A stretch of 41,339 bases of DNA from Octopus bimaculoides (GCF_001194135.2 NC_068993.1:31358609-31399947), one strand, 5' to 3'; positions 25,381 to 37,644 are shown, counted from the first letter of the stretch. A program made the numbers and translations. The notes: generated from the letters alone by a model not told the origin.

Positions 25381-25969
25381 CCAAAAACGAAATATATATA
25401 TATGTGTGTGTGTGTGTGTTTATGTATGTATGTGTGTGTGCATGTATCAATTAAATATAAGGATAAAATCTACATAAGATTTTTTCAAGTAGCCAGCATG
25501 TAAAAGCAATTAAGGTAAAAAATTAATACGATGTATATAATTTAAGATATATTATTAAATTAAGGGGTAGATATTAAACCTGAATATATTCAGTGCTGAA
25601 TTATTTTGGTTATACACACGTATCTGAGATGAACAAGATTGAAATGTTTTACACGGATACACAAGTGTAAACATTTGTATATGCTCTGTGGATACGTTGT
25701 GTCCGTGTGGTATGTATAAGTGTTTATATGTATATATTTCTAGTTGTGTTTGCACAGACGAATGGAGAGCGTGTTACAGCGCTGACCACGAAATCGTTTC
25801 GATATGCAACTGAACTTTTTAAAAGAGTTTTTCCTTTGTTCATTCCTTCGACTTCAGTGCGTGTGTATATTTGATAAAGTAGTTTGACCTCAAGCACGCT
25901 TAGCGGCTGACGTTTCACGGAGACTAGTAAGTATGCTCCATTGGCGGCGACCTACCAGCCATAGATCTA

Positions 25970-26940
25970 ATGGACAGACCAGCTTGCTTCAATGAGCAAC
26001 TCGCCGACGTTAGTATGGAATTCAGACTAATGGAAAACAACGCTCACTACCAGAAGGGTATGATGAAGCTACCCCACATCTCACTCATGGAGAGAGAGGG
26101 GGAGGGGAGAAGAACACAGTTGATACAAAACAAACTACAAGTATTTCGAAATCTACCACCAGCCAAAACAATAACTTACAACCGAAAACAACAAGCTGAA
26201 ATCAACCAAGAGACTATAAACTTGGACACGGAGAATTTTTAAAATTTCAAATGCCTGTTACAAATAGATGTCATGAACATAAACCTAATGTCTCCCAGCA
26301 AGATAAAGCAACAGGCAAAACGGATGTTTAAAATTCTGTCACTCAAAACAAAGACAATTGAACACATGCCAAAAGAAAGTATCCAAAAAGGCTACAGCCC
26401 ATATGGGGTAAAACAACTTATGTAGCAAGGGGAAAAGTACGGTACTGTGGAAGAAAGGGTCGCTTCTAACGAAGAAGCAAAGGAACGCTCCACAGTGCCT
26501 TTGAAGACAAGCGAGGTGGTGCTGCTACCGACGTACATGGGTCGACGTGCTTCATAAATAAAAATAGGGGCGATGCCACCGGAAATCGATATGGTGTGGC
26601 TTGTGGAAGTCGTACTGCTGAACCTGTAGGATCCAGCCACTATCCTTCAGGCCACCGAGCTACACCATCAGAACTAATAATCAAGCCACCCTCAGGGATT
26701 TGGAAGAAATACCAGAGGAAGTAATACTACCGGACGAGACCATATTAAGAGTCATGTTGGAGGGAAGAATTTCAAGGTGCTTTAAGTGTGGTAAAAGGGC
26801 CACATAAACCTCCCGTGTCCACAGGTCCTACAACCAAAAGCATCCCCATCACCTAACAACCTACCACAGTCTGACCACCTGAAAGACAGTAAGAAGGAGC
26901 CAATCAGTACTGCAACGAAACAACACTACCTGTACAGGTG
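25970..26940 (+). mobile_element. L1/Tx1-like LINE ORF1 relic with zinc knuckle
   Basis: LPTYMGRRAS*IKIGAMPPEIDMVWL and EEIPEEVILPDETILRVMLEGRISRCFKCGK(fs)GHINLPCP (CX2CX4HX4C across a frameshift). Confidence 0.55.
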
Positions 26941-26949
26941 TACAATGTG

Positions 26950-27097
26950 CCACATGTCAGATGACAAAATGAGCGCAGTGCAGCGTGAAAGGAAGTGTTT
27001 TGCTCAAGAACACAACGCAACGCCTGGTCTGGGAATCAAACCCAAGATCTCGCAATTGTGAGTGCAACACCCTAACTACTAACCTATGTGCCTTCAC
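26950..27097 (-). mobile_element. tRNA-derived SINE
   Basis: Minus strand has an A-box-like TAGGTTAGTAGTTAG and B-box-like GGGTTTGATTCCC, then GTGTTCTTGAGCAAAACACTT, a central SINE-domain-like motif; starts beside (AT)n. Confidence 0.8.
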
Positions 27098-27112
27098 AAT
27101 ATATATATATAT

Positions 27113-27154
<42 letters not shown>

Positions 27155-27399
27155 TGTGTGTGTTTGTTTGTTTGTGTTTGTGTGAAGTTCTGTATGTACA
27201 GGGGTTCGGGCTAAGTCTGACGATACTTTATGTCCCAATTTATTCAGAAACAGATTGATGCATTTGTGAACAGTCAGTAAGATGTAGTTGGGAAAAAATT
27301 TGGCAACCTTCAGGATTGGATGTTAGCTAAATATTAGAAAAGATTTACCTGTATCATAATGATTTGGACCGGGTGTCAAAATGTGGACATCATATCTAC

Positions 27400-28260
27400 T
27401 ATACAATAAATACTGTGAAGTCTGTAAGACGTGACCCGGAGCAGACCAGTGGAAAGTAACACAGTATGCGTTCTTACTACGCCAGCTCGCCGGAATTCTT
27501 CCGGTAACTGCAGGGCAAGGTGATGGAATATCCGAGCAAAGATGTCGGAGTTTAGCTAGAGAAATGTCTGTTGCAGTTGTCTCCATGAAGCTGTTCCTGA
27601 TGGAGGATATTCGCTGCCAAACGTACGAGAGGCGCAAGGGCCAAATTCGGATAGTGAATGCGAAGGAGAAGCGTTTGACAAATGCAAAGAATCTCCTGAA
27701 CAAACTGAGGCAGCTTGTTGAGCCAGAGTGATCTGATTTTACACACAAGAATATAACTTCTGCCAGGACCAGTTGCACAAAACTCGGAACAGGTAGCTTG
27801 CCAATACCCTATGTGATGTCTCACATATCATGAAAACCGAGAGTGTCTCCAGTAAGTCCGTTCCACATCATTGGGCAGGGTCATAGGGTTAATTCAGACG
27901 GCTATGTAAGGCTTCTAGAGTCTGTGGTTAAAACTCGGGTAGCTGCTGGAAGGGCTGCTTGCCATTCGACTGAAAAGTTTCATAAGTGGTTGGTGGAGAG
28001 TATCTACGACTTTACCAGTCCCAATTTCTGGATACTTAAACCCCCTGATTGTAATCCTATCGATTACTATGTGCAAGGCGCGACTGAGATAGACAGCGTC
28101 CGCTCTACCAGTAACATCAAGGCTAAGTTGGAACCCAAGACCAAGGATTTGTTCGAAGATCTTCCCAGAGACAGTGAGGAACGCAAGCGCTAGGTCCCCG
28201 AACCGTCTTGGGTGCGGTGGTAGAAACTGAGAGCGGTAGTGACGACTATAAACTAGCCAT
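27400..28260 (+). mobile_element. Tc1/mariner superfamily transposase relic, maT (DD37D)-like
   Basis: Fragments SLAREM, EDIRCQTYERRKGQI, AKNLLNKL, VNSDGYVRLLESVV, AAGR(deletion)AACHS, FTSPNFW..PPDCNPIDYY; the second catalytic Asp region is deleted. Confidence 0.75.
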
Positions 28261-28483
28261 AAAATTGTAGATATGCTTTTAATTTTTTAAATTCTATAAT
28301 TTTTTTTTTGGGGGGGGGGATGGCATATTGTGCTTTCTTTTCCTTTCATGCAAAGTGTCAAATTTAGTGCAAACATCCTGTACGCACACGCACGCACACA
28401 TACGCACGCATGCACGCACAAAAGCACACACGTGCACACACCCACCCGCACATAAAAAAACAAACACGCGCGTACATATACAC

Positions 28484-29003
28484 NNNNNNNNNNNNNNNNN
28501 NNNNNNNNNNNNNNNNNNNNNNNNNNNNNNNNNNNNNNNNNNNNNNNNNNNNNNNNNNNNNNNNNNNNNNNNNNNNNNNNNNNNNNNNNNNNNNNNNNNN
28601 NNNNNNNNNNNNNNNNNNNNNNNNNNNNNNNNNNNNNNNNNNNNNNNNNNNNNNNNNNNNNNNNNNNNNNNNNNNNNNNNNNNNNNNNNNNNNNNNNNNN
28701 NNNNNNNNNNNNNNNNNNNNNNNNNNNNNNNNNNNNNNNNNNNNNNNNNNNNNNNNNNNNNNNNNNNNNNNNNNNNNNNNNNNNNNNNNNNNNNNNNNNN
28801 NNNNNNNNNNNNNNNNNNNNNNNNNNNNNNNNNNNNNNNNNNNNNNNNNNNNNNNNNNNNNNNNNNNNNNNNNNNNNNNNNNNNNNNNNNNNNNNNNNNN
28901 NNNNNNNNNNNNNNNNNNNNNNNNNNNNNNNNNNNNNNNNNNNNNNNNNNNNNNNNNNNNNNNNNNNNNNNNNNNNNNNNNNNNNNNNNNNNNNNNNNNN
29001 NNN
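28484..29003. other. Assembly gap within CA-rich repeat
   Basis: Run of N. Confidence 1.
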
Positions 29004-29059
<56 letters not shown>

Positions 29060-29658
29060 ACACATATATATATATGGGGTCAGGTAACGGCAAAGGGACG
29101 GGCGAACAATTATTGACGTATTTAGTTTGGATTATATCTCCTTATCACCACGTCCTCTTAAACATTTCCTACAAAACCAAATTAATAAAATAATTACAAG
29201 ACAAATCTTAGAAAGGTAATGTGCCAGAATGGACACATTCTAAACATTAAAAGTAATACTTGAATAAAAGAATAAAAGAATATGGTTTACTAATTTACAA
29301 CTCTATGTACGTTTTCTTTTACACTTAACTAAGTATGTCACCAACAATTCACCGTTCGGCCTCAGGTTCACAAAAACTATATTATAGTTAGGAATGTAAC
29401 ACTTCATCCATCTCCTTATTCAACAGACTCAATTCTTTAACAAGACAGAATATATCAAAAGAAAAAGAAAAACAACCAAAGAGAAAAGTTATAGAATATA
29501 TTGTTGGTTTATCTCACTATATTCTACTGAAGTTTCTGATGTTAGCTGATTAATGTTGTGAAATCAATTATCATCATGGTTGCTGAAGTGATAAAAACGA
29601 TTCAGAATGCAATACATACAGAAGCACACTCATACACACGAGTCCCCCCCGCGCGCAC

Positions 29659-29694
<36 letters not shown>

Positions 29695-29756
29695 GCACAC
29701 ACAAACAAGCATACATGCATATACATGTGTACATGTGTACATATATATATATATAT

Positions 29757-30329
29757 NNNNNNNNNNNNNNNNNNNNNNNNNNNNNNNNNNNNNNNNNNNN
29801 NNNNNNNNNNNNNNNNNNNNNNNNNNNNNNNNNNNNNNNNNNNNNNNNNNNNNNNNNNNNNNNNNNNNNNNNNNNNNNNNNNNNNNNNNNNNNNNNNNNN
29901 NNNNNNNNNNNNNNNNNNNNNNNNNNNNNNNNNNNNNNNNNNNNNNNNNNNNNNNNNNNNNNNNNNNNNNNNNNNNNNNNNNNNNNNNNNNNNNNNNNNN
30001 NNNNNNNNNNNNNNNNNNNNNNNNNNNNNNNNNNNNNNNNNNNNNNNNNNNNNNNNNNNNNNNNNNNNNNNNNNNNNNNNNNNNNNNNNNNNNNNNNNNN
30101 NNNNNNNNNNNNNNNNNNNNNNNNNNNNNNNNNNNNNNNNNNNNNNNNNNNNNNNNNNNNNNNNNNNNNNNNNNNNNNNNNNNNNNNNNNNNNNNNNNNN
30201 NNNNNNNNNNNNNNNNNNNNNNNNNNNNNNNNNNNNNNNNNNNNNNNNNNNNNNNNNNNNNNNNNNNNNNNNNNNNNNNNNNNNNNNNNNNNNNNNNNNN
30301 NNNNNNNNNNNNNNNNNNNNNNNNNNNNN
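29757..30329. other. Assembly gap between (AT)n and a perfect hairpin
   Basis: Run of N. Confidence 1.
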
Positions 30330-30429
30330 TTCTTATGTGTGTCTCACCTTGCTAAATATCAGCCATTTTGTCTGACAAAAATGGCTGATAAAATGGCTGA
30401 TATTTAGCAAGGTGAGACACACATAAGAA
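30330..30429. repeat. Perfect 40 bp inverted repeat with 20 nt spacer
   Basis: 30330-30369 is the exact reverse complement of 30390-30429; the spacer repeats AAAATGGCTGAT. Confidence 0.95.
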
Positions 30430-30442
30430 GGAAGGAAACAAA

Positions 30443-30487
30443 GGACCACTGATGAGGTCACAGAAGTGTGACGAAAGAACTCTGGCC
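30443..30487 (+). ncRNA. Type I hammerhead ribozyme motif
   Basis: GGACCA-CTGATGA-G-GTCACA-GAAG-TGTGAC-GAAA-GAAC-TC-TGGCC: intact core, 6 bp helix II with tetraloop, minimal helix III, CUC triplet, helix I with one bulge. Confidence 0.8.
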
Positions 30488-30641
30488 GAAATAAGATTAA
30501 GATTAATGTAATATAAAGCTGAAGCAAATTAACACCAAATATACGGTGCGTGTGTTTTTATTGGCTAAACTGGCAATATGACCATCCCCAAGTACAACAA
30601 CATCTGTTTCAACACACGATTTCACATCAAAAATCTTGCAA

Positions 30642-30675
<34 letters not shown>

Positions 30676-30697
30676 TCTATATATGTATGCATTTATT

Positions 30698-30729
<32 letters not shown>

Positions 30730-31339
30730 TGCATGTATACAATTACGTATGTATATCTTTATGTATAAGATTAGTTTAGTTTTTACAATCTCTGAAAGGA
30801 ATTATGATAGAAAGCGTTTGAATTTTAGAGTTTACTAATTTAATTTGCAGAAATTATTTGTTAACGTAATACAAAAACTTATGAGTCGATTCTTTTTTAG
30901 ACATCAAACGTTTTCATGATAGACATTATGTGATAGTGCAAGTACGAATCTGTGGCAGTAAACAGAGAAAAGCAATATTGGCAGTGCACCCTGCGCTTCA
31001 ATTTGACTGTTTTGTTGTTCTTGCAGCTGAATTTTCTTACCTCTTATCTCTCCCCCTTTTACTAAAATATCAGATTATCAACATGCGGTCTACGAATTCA
31101 TATAAATGTCTTTGAAAAGGAGTTTATTTCTTTATAGATAAGGCAGAGAGATTGTCATTACCACACTTTAATTATCACTGTTGAAAATTAAATACAGAAA
31201 GTATCGGTTACTCAACAGATTGGCTATTTATAAGAATTTACGCTGTTGCCATATATCTATTGCTCACACGCAGTGCTCTGGATGGTACAGAACACCTGAC
31301 TACGCAGAGATACCACAGCCTATTGTCTTTAAATTGTAT

Positions 31340-31560
31340 TGAGTCAGGTCAGTTATTATCAAGTGGACCAATGGACGCTATATTTCTTTCCGTGACCATT
31401 CGGCCATTTTTGTAAACACGGTATACGCAGCACAACAATATCCAAACTATACTTTCCGCAGATACTTGACAGTTGAGAGAGTTCTGACTCCCTCATCTGC
31501 CAAACATCTAGCATATCGATCGAAGCCAACATTGTAAACTGACGTTTGACACGTTGGTTT
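31340..31560 (-). pseudogene. Possible RTE-type LINE apurinic endonuclease N-terminal fragment
   Basis: LASIDMLDVWQMRESELSQLSSICGKYSLDIVVLRIPCL..GKKYSVHWS resembles WNVRT...L..EL.RY.IDI..LQE....YT..WSG. Confidence 0.4.
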
Positions 31561-31706
31561 GCAATATAGTTACTTAAATGTATTTTATATATGTGAGTCT
31601 GGTCTGGCAAACATATTGTTATTTGACATACATTTCAATGCAGATACTAGGGTCGTTTCATTTCACTATAATTCTCTTGAACAAGATATTTCGTTTTGTA
31701 CCACAA

Positions 31707-31782
<76 letters not shown>

Positions 31783-32711
31783 NNNNNNNNNNNNNNNNNN
31801 NNNNNNNNNNNNNNNNNNNNNNNNNNNNNNNNNNNNNNNNNNNNNNNNNNNNNNNNNNNNNNNNNNNNNNNNNNNNNNNNNNNNNNNNNNNNNNNNNNNN
31901 NNNNNNNNNNNNNNNNNNNNNNNNNNNNNNNNNNNNNNNNNNNNNNNNNNNNNNNNNNNNNNNNNNNNNNNNNNNNNNNNNNNNNNNNNNNNNNNNNNNN
32001 NNNNNNNNNNNNNNNNNNNNNNNNNNNNNNNNNNNNNNNNNNNNNNNNNNNNNNNNNNNNNNNNNNNNNNNNNNNNNNNNNNNNNNNNNNNNNNNNNNNN
32101 NNNNNNNNNNNNNNNNNNNNNNNNNNNNNNNNNNNNNNNNNNNNNNNNNNNNNNNNNNNNNNNNNNNNNNNNNNNNNNNNNNNNNNNNNNNNNNNNNNNN
32201 NNNNNNNNNNNNNNNNNNNNNNNNNNNNNNNNNNNNNNNNNNNNNNNNNNNNNNNNNNNNNNNNNNNNNNNNNNNNNNNNNNNNNNNNNNNNNNNNNNNN
32301 NNNNNNNNNNNNNNNNNNNNNNNNNNNNNNNNNNNNNNNNNNNNNNNNNNNNNNNNNNNNNNNNNNNNNNNNNNNNNNNNNNNNNNNNNNNNNNNNNNNN
32401 NNNNNNNNNNNNNNNNNNNNNNNNNNNNNNNNNNNNNNNNNNNNNNNNNNNNNNNNNNNNNNNNNNNNNNNNNNNNNNNNNNNNNNNNNNNNNNNNNNNN
32501 NNNNNNNNNNNNNNNNNNNNNNNNNNNNNNNNNNNNNNNNNNNNNNNNNNNNNNNNNNNNNNNNNNNNNNNNNNNNNNNNNNNNNNNNNNNNNNNNNNNN
32601 NNNNNNNNNNNNNNNNNNNNNNNNNNNNNNNNNNNNNNNNNNNNNNNNNNNNNNNNNNNNNNNNNNNNNNNNNNNNNNNNNNNNNNNNNNNNNNNNNNNN
32701 NNNNNNNNNNN
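31783..32711. other. Assembly gap after (TG)n
   Basis: Run of N. Confidence 1.
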
Positions 32712-35480
32712 CTAATAACTAACACATTTGAGCTATGACTGCGGCTCTACGCCGTCGCTTGAGCAATTAACAAGCGTTCAAAATGTTCCCCTCATTGTCT
32801 TTATTCTTAAACTGGATTCTTAGCTGATTTTCAATTTCAAGAAAAAATCGTTCTATTTGTTTTCAACTGAAAGATCGATTTCCAAAGAAATAATAATAAA
32901 AAATTATTGATGTCAAGATGCGAATTTACACCAATTTGTTTAACTTTGTGTGCTGTTAAAATTTGATATGTACGGAGTGTAATAAAATAAGTAAACAGAC
33001 ATTTGGTTTGCTACTTTTGACTAAGTTTCTATACTTAGTTTTTATGCTTTCAGTCACAAATTATGTTATGTATTATGTTGTTACGTACAAGAAAGTCATA
33101 CGCTGTCATTTTCTAAAGTTAGCCGTAAGAGATACAAAACAAAATAAGTAAACAGCGAGCCGACTATTCACTAATTATAATCCCTTCTCTCAGTAAACAG
33201 TGTATCAGTGTTTTACTAGTGTAAACCAGATCAAACTACACTTCTCAGAGTTCGTGAAACACTTCTATAGTTTAGTGAATTCTTGTTTGTAATTCACAAT
33301 CAATCTGAATATGAATTGCATTCATCAATATTTCAATAATAATCTTTTATATGAATCCCCACGTCTTAGAAGAAAACAAACTTGAAAATTACGTTCACAG
33401 AACCGTGGCAAGTGATATCACTCCTACAGCTGTCTACAAGTGCAATGCTTGAAGAAAACCTGGTCGACCAGAACTGCTAATGATCCTTATATGGCGCATG
33501 CGGTTCTGAGTCTAGTAGACATACACTGAAGATGGAACGAACCTGGGTACAAGTTTGGCAGTTTTTTTATAAGTCCACAGTGACTTAAAAACTAAGTCAA
33601 TTCCGGTTTAAGTGTGACATTGGTTCTTGTTATTGATTTGGTTTAGAAAAAGAGGGATTTGCAAGATTTCTGAGGCTGGTGAGATGCTACCGTTGTCACC
33701 CACCGCAGGAAGGACATGTGCAGGCACAGAATCTCAAGGACGTGGCAAAGTTATTAGAATGGGAACAAGGGAGGAGGCTACAATAATAGTAATTCAGAGA
33801 TTGAAAGATATATTTGCAGAGAGTACCTGGGTGTTGATACCGCGATATCAGTCTGATCTACGGAGTGTAAACTATTTTAATAGTAGAAATAGTTGGGAGA
33901 AGAGATAAGATTCATTGGGGACGTTACACCGAATGAGGTTAAGAATATAGTAGTAGCATCCTAAATATAGTATCACTACCTCCATTGTGGAGTTTCCCCC
34001 AGACTTATAGACGGTTGATAATTTGCAGGAGCTAAATATATTCTGACACAGAACAGAAATGTTAGCCCAAGTTCTCTTCACTTTGAATGGTGCTTATTGT
34101 CGACGGTTACTTTTCGAGCCCAAGAATTCTAATTTTCTTTTGTTGGACTGCTTTCTACATGTTGATGGTGATGATGATGGAGAAGAACAATCTTTGAGTG
34201 AAATAGGCTTGAAAAAAAAAAGGCAATGAACATTTGGTGTTATATTGTTGCTGCATTTAAGTTTTTAAAGATTCTCAACTTTTCTCTTTAAATTCAAAAA
34301 CCCAGATCCGGAGGTAATAGAGTGACACCAATTGAAGAGGTCTTAGATTTTAGATTCCCACGATATAGTGGCGCGCTATTTTTGTAAGTAACTTGTGAAT
34401 TTTATTTTTGTTTTTCGAGTCTATAGCCACCAGATTACAAAATCGATCTCAAACTTGTTAATAAGTACATTTGTTTCTTCTCTCTTTTGTTTTATTATAA
34501 CTATATTTTTCTTGTTGCTTTGAAAGTATTGAAAAACTGTATAACGTTTTCGTAAATTTACGATATTATCGAAAATGTCAGTAACACACTTACGTGATGT
34601 TTCGCTGTGTGATTTGAAATAATGACCTTTCAAATTTATGTCTGCAATGTGAAGAGAAAATTCAAACACTCATGGACAAGAGACAGTTAGGGGGAGGACG
34701 GAAATAGAATTTGTGTTTAACAAGTAAAACCATATTCTGACAAAATGTCTAATCCTGTTGTTTGCTTCGATAATCACAAGAAATATTTTCTTTATTTCCC
34801 ATTCCGTAAGGTGTCAAAATCGATGAGTGAAACGCGATTTTATATTAAGGATGAGAAATCAAGTAATCATATTTAGAATTTCAATATTGGAATAATTACT
34901 GACAGTGCAGCATCTTTAAAACGCAAACAACAAAAACATGTGCAATTAAACTCAGTCAGATGTGGAGCGGGGCAAGCGGCAGGAGTCATCATTAGAGCTT
35001 CTGTCGAAAGCCAAATAACTGACATCCAAATGGAGCTAACCATAAGTAAATAAATGTGATTGGGTGACAAACTACACACACGCACATACACACAAACACA
35101 TGCGTGCGCGCGCGCTCAAACAAAGACACACACACACACAGATATGCACACATATCATCATCGTTTTAACCTCTACATTTCCATTCTTGTTTGAGTAAGA
35201 CGAGATACTTTGAAGCACATTTTTGTACGACCGGATACGTTTTCTACTTCCAATTCATCTGTTTAAGTTCAGGCATTTTTGACGGAAGATCATTATGTAT
35301 ATATGGATGAATGTATGTATGCTTGTTTGTGTGTGTACGTGTATGTGTGTGTGTGTATGATGTGGAAATACATATACATCTGTATATTACATATTTGGTC
35401 ATCCATTACTTTTGTTGATACCCCACTCCTTATAACAAATATGTTGTTATGGAGATAAAGCAATGTCATGCACACACACA

Positions 35481-35523
<43 letters not shown>

Positions 35524-35568
35524 GAATATATATATAATATAAATAATATATATGTGCATATATATTCA

Positions 35569-35599
<31 letters not shown>

Positions 35600-35898
35600 G
35601 TACATATATACATATATATATATGCATATATGGGTACAGGACGTCACCAACAGCAAACAACATGAAATACGAAAAAAATGAGTTCACTACGCAAACAACG
35701 AGAGAAACAAATGGAAACAGGGGTGGAACACCGAACGCTGGAGCAATATCTTCTTTGACAAGAGAAAAGATAGCTGAGAGAGATAGGATATTAGAGAAAA
35801 GGATGAGACAAAAACAGTAAAGAGTAGAGTCGCATCAAAAGGATTAAGATAAACTTACTTGGAAATGGATGCGTGGCGTTCAGTCAAATAATAATATA

Positions 35899-35953
<55 letters not shown>

Positions 35954-36242
35954 AATGGATATATATATATATACAAATGGATATATTGGTACAGGACGTC
36001 ACTAACAGTACACAACAGAACACAGAAACACACACGTAGAGAGGTTTAAAAGTACTTCTGAAAGCACTGATATGTATATATATATATATATATATTCATA
36101 TAAATACAGTGTACATTTAAACACATAAGAAGCATCCATCATAGGATCCCTTGCACGCCAGAAAGAGCAATTAAATTCCAAACCACTATTTAGGGATAAA
36201 ACTTCCAAGTAATTGAAAAATAAAATCATTTACCATCTAACT

Positions 36243-36312
36243 CCTGGACCTATTGTTTCAGACTTCGTTTAGCAAATAAAATAATTTGCTAGGCGAAGTC
36301 TTTTTCAGCAGG
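36243..36312 (-). ncRNA. Type I hammerhead ribozyme motif, core variant CUGAAAA
   Basis: Minus strand CCTG-CTGAAAA-AGACTTCG..TAGCAAAT(loop)ATTTGCTA..CGAAGTCT-GAAA-C-AATAG-GTC-CAGG; conserved G8 replaced by A. Confidence 0.7.
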
Positions 36313-36831
36313 TACACCTTAGATTAAACATATATACACGAGGTAATCCAGTATATGCCCCATGCTTAACATTCTAATTTTTCAAATCTACCGCGCAAGC
36401 GCACCTCCTTGTCAGCAATAAATGAAAATGCCGGCTTTTCAAATCGAAAATTATCCAGAAAAAATTCTCCATAATTAATAATATCAAGGGTAATGAGAAA
36501 TATTAGAAATTTGTACTACTAGGGGCTTAGCGTGTAAAATTTAGTCAATAGACTCTATATTATTCATATAAATACAGTGTACATTCAAACACATAAGAGG
36601 CATCCACCAGAGGATTCCTTGCACGCTAGAAAGGACAGTTGAATTCCAAACCACTATTTAGGGATAAAACTTCGAAGGAAATGAAAAAGAAAAACATTTA
36701 CCATCTAACTCCTATCGGTAGTAAATAAAAATGCCGGTTTTTCAAATCACAGCAGATTTGAAAAATTAGAATGTATAAGCATGCGTCATATACTGGATTG
36801 CCTCGTGTATATATGTTTAATCTAAGGTGTA

Positions 36832-36901
36832 CCTGCTGAAGAAGACTTATCCTAGCAAATTATATTATTTGCTAAAAGAAGTCTGAAAGCATTGGTCCAG
36901 G
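36832..36901 (+). ncRNA. Type I hammerhead ribozyme motif
   Basis: CCTG-CTGAAGA-AGACTT..TAGCAAAT(loop)ATTTGCTA..AAGTCT-GAAA-GCATTG-GTC-CAGG; intact CUGANGA/GAAA/GUC, 4 bp helix I, long two-part helix II, imperfect helix III. Confidence 0.75.
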
Positions 36902-37123
36902 AGTTAGATGGTAAATGTTTTTATTTTTCATTCCCTTCGAAGTTTTATCCCTAAATAGTGGTTTGGAATTTAACTGTCCTATGATGGATACCTCTTATGT
37001 GTTCGAATGTACACTGTATTTATATGAATATGTAGTCTACTGACTAAATTTTACACGATAGTATTTTACACTGGTAGCAGAAATTTCTAATATTTCTCAT
37101 TACACTTGATATTACTAATTATT

Positions 37124-37161
<38 letters not shown>

Positions 37162-37644
37162 AGTGCTTTCAGAAGCACTTTTAAACTTCTCTAGGTGTGT
37201 TTTTCTGTCTGTCTGTCTGTCTGTCTACCTCTCTGCCTCTTTCTCTCTCTTTCTCTCTCTCTCTCTCTCTTTCCCTATTTGAAGAACAAATAATATAAGC
37301 AGTCCTGATGTGCCGTTAATGATATAGCAAAACTTGCCCAATTTTCCCTGTTTTATAGAAAGACCTATTTGAATTAACCTTGGGATTTATGTGCATATCG
37401 ATGCTAAATGTATGCTTATTAAAAGTGAATATGTTACAATTTGTGTTTGTCTGAGTGTGTGTGTGTGTGTTTGTTCGTGCGTGTGTGAGTGTATGAAAAG
37501 GATGAGGAAAATCTTTGCAACACTATGTTCATTTCCAAGATACTATACAAATATACGTCAACACTGCCCTCAAATCTTTCGCAATGTAGATATCTAACAT
37601 AGGCAGAAGACGTCATAGAAGTTCAATCGACTGCATCAATGAAT

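Larger units (their letters stand above)
36023..37207. repeat. Complex tandem + inverted (fold-back) array with 468 bp period, carrying two hammerhead motifs
   Basis: Block order E-(AT)n-A-B-C-D-A'-C'-invB-invA-invD-(AT)n-invE. A 36094-36245, A' 36562-36713, invA 36899-37029; B 36246-36389, invB 36754-36898; D 36471-36555, invD 37033-37122; E 36023-36069, invE 37161-37207. Confidence 0.9.

Noticed and set aside
31343-31537. 64-codon open frame on the + strand (SVIIKWTNGRYISFRDHS...) as a possible host exon
   Set aside because: No recognisable protein; the opposite strand resembles an RTE endonuclease, which would explain a shadow frame.
33620-34100. 93 aa ORF and possible LINE 3' region
   Set aside because: No convincing motif on either strand.
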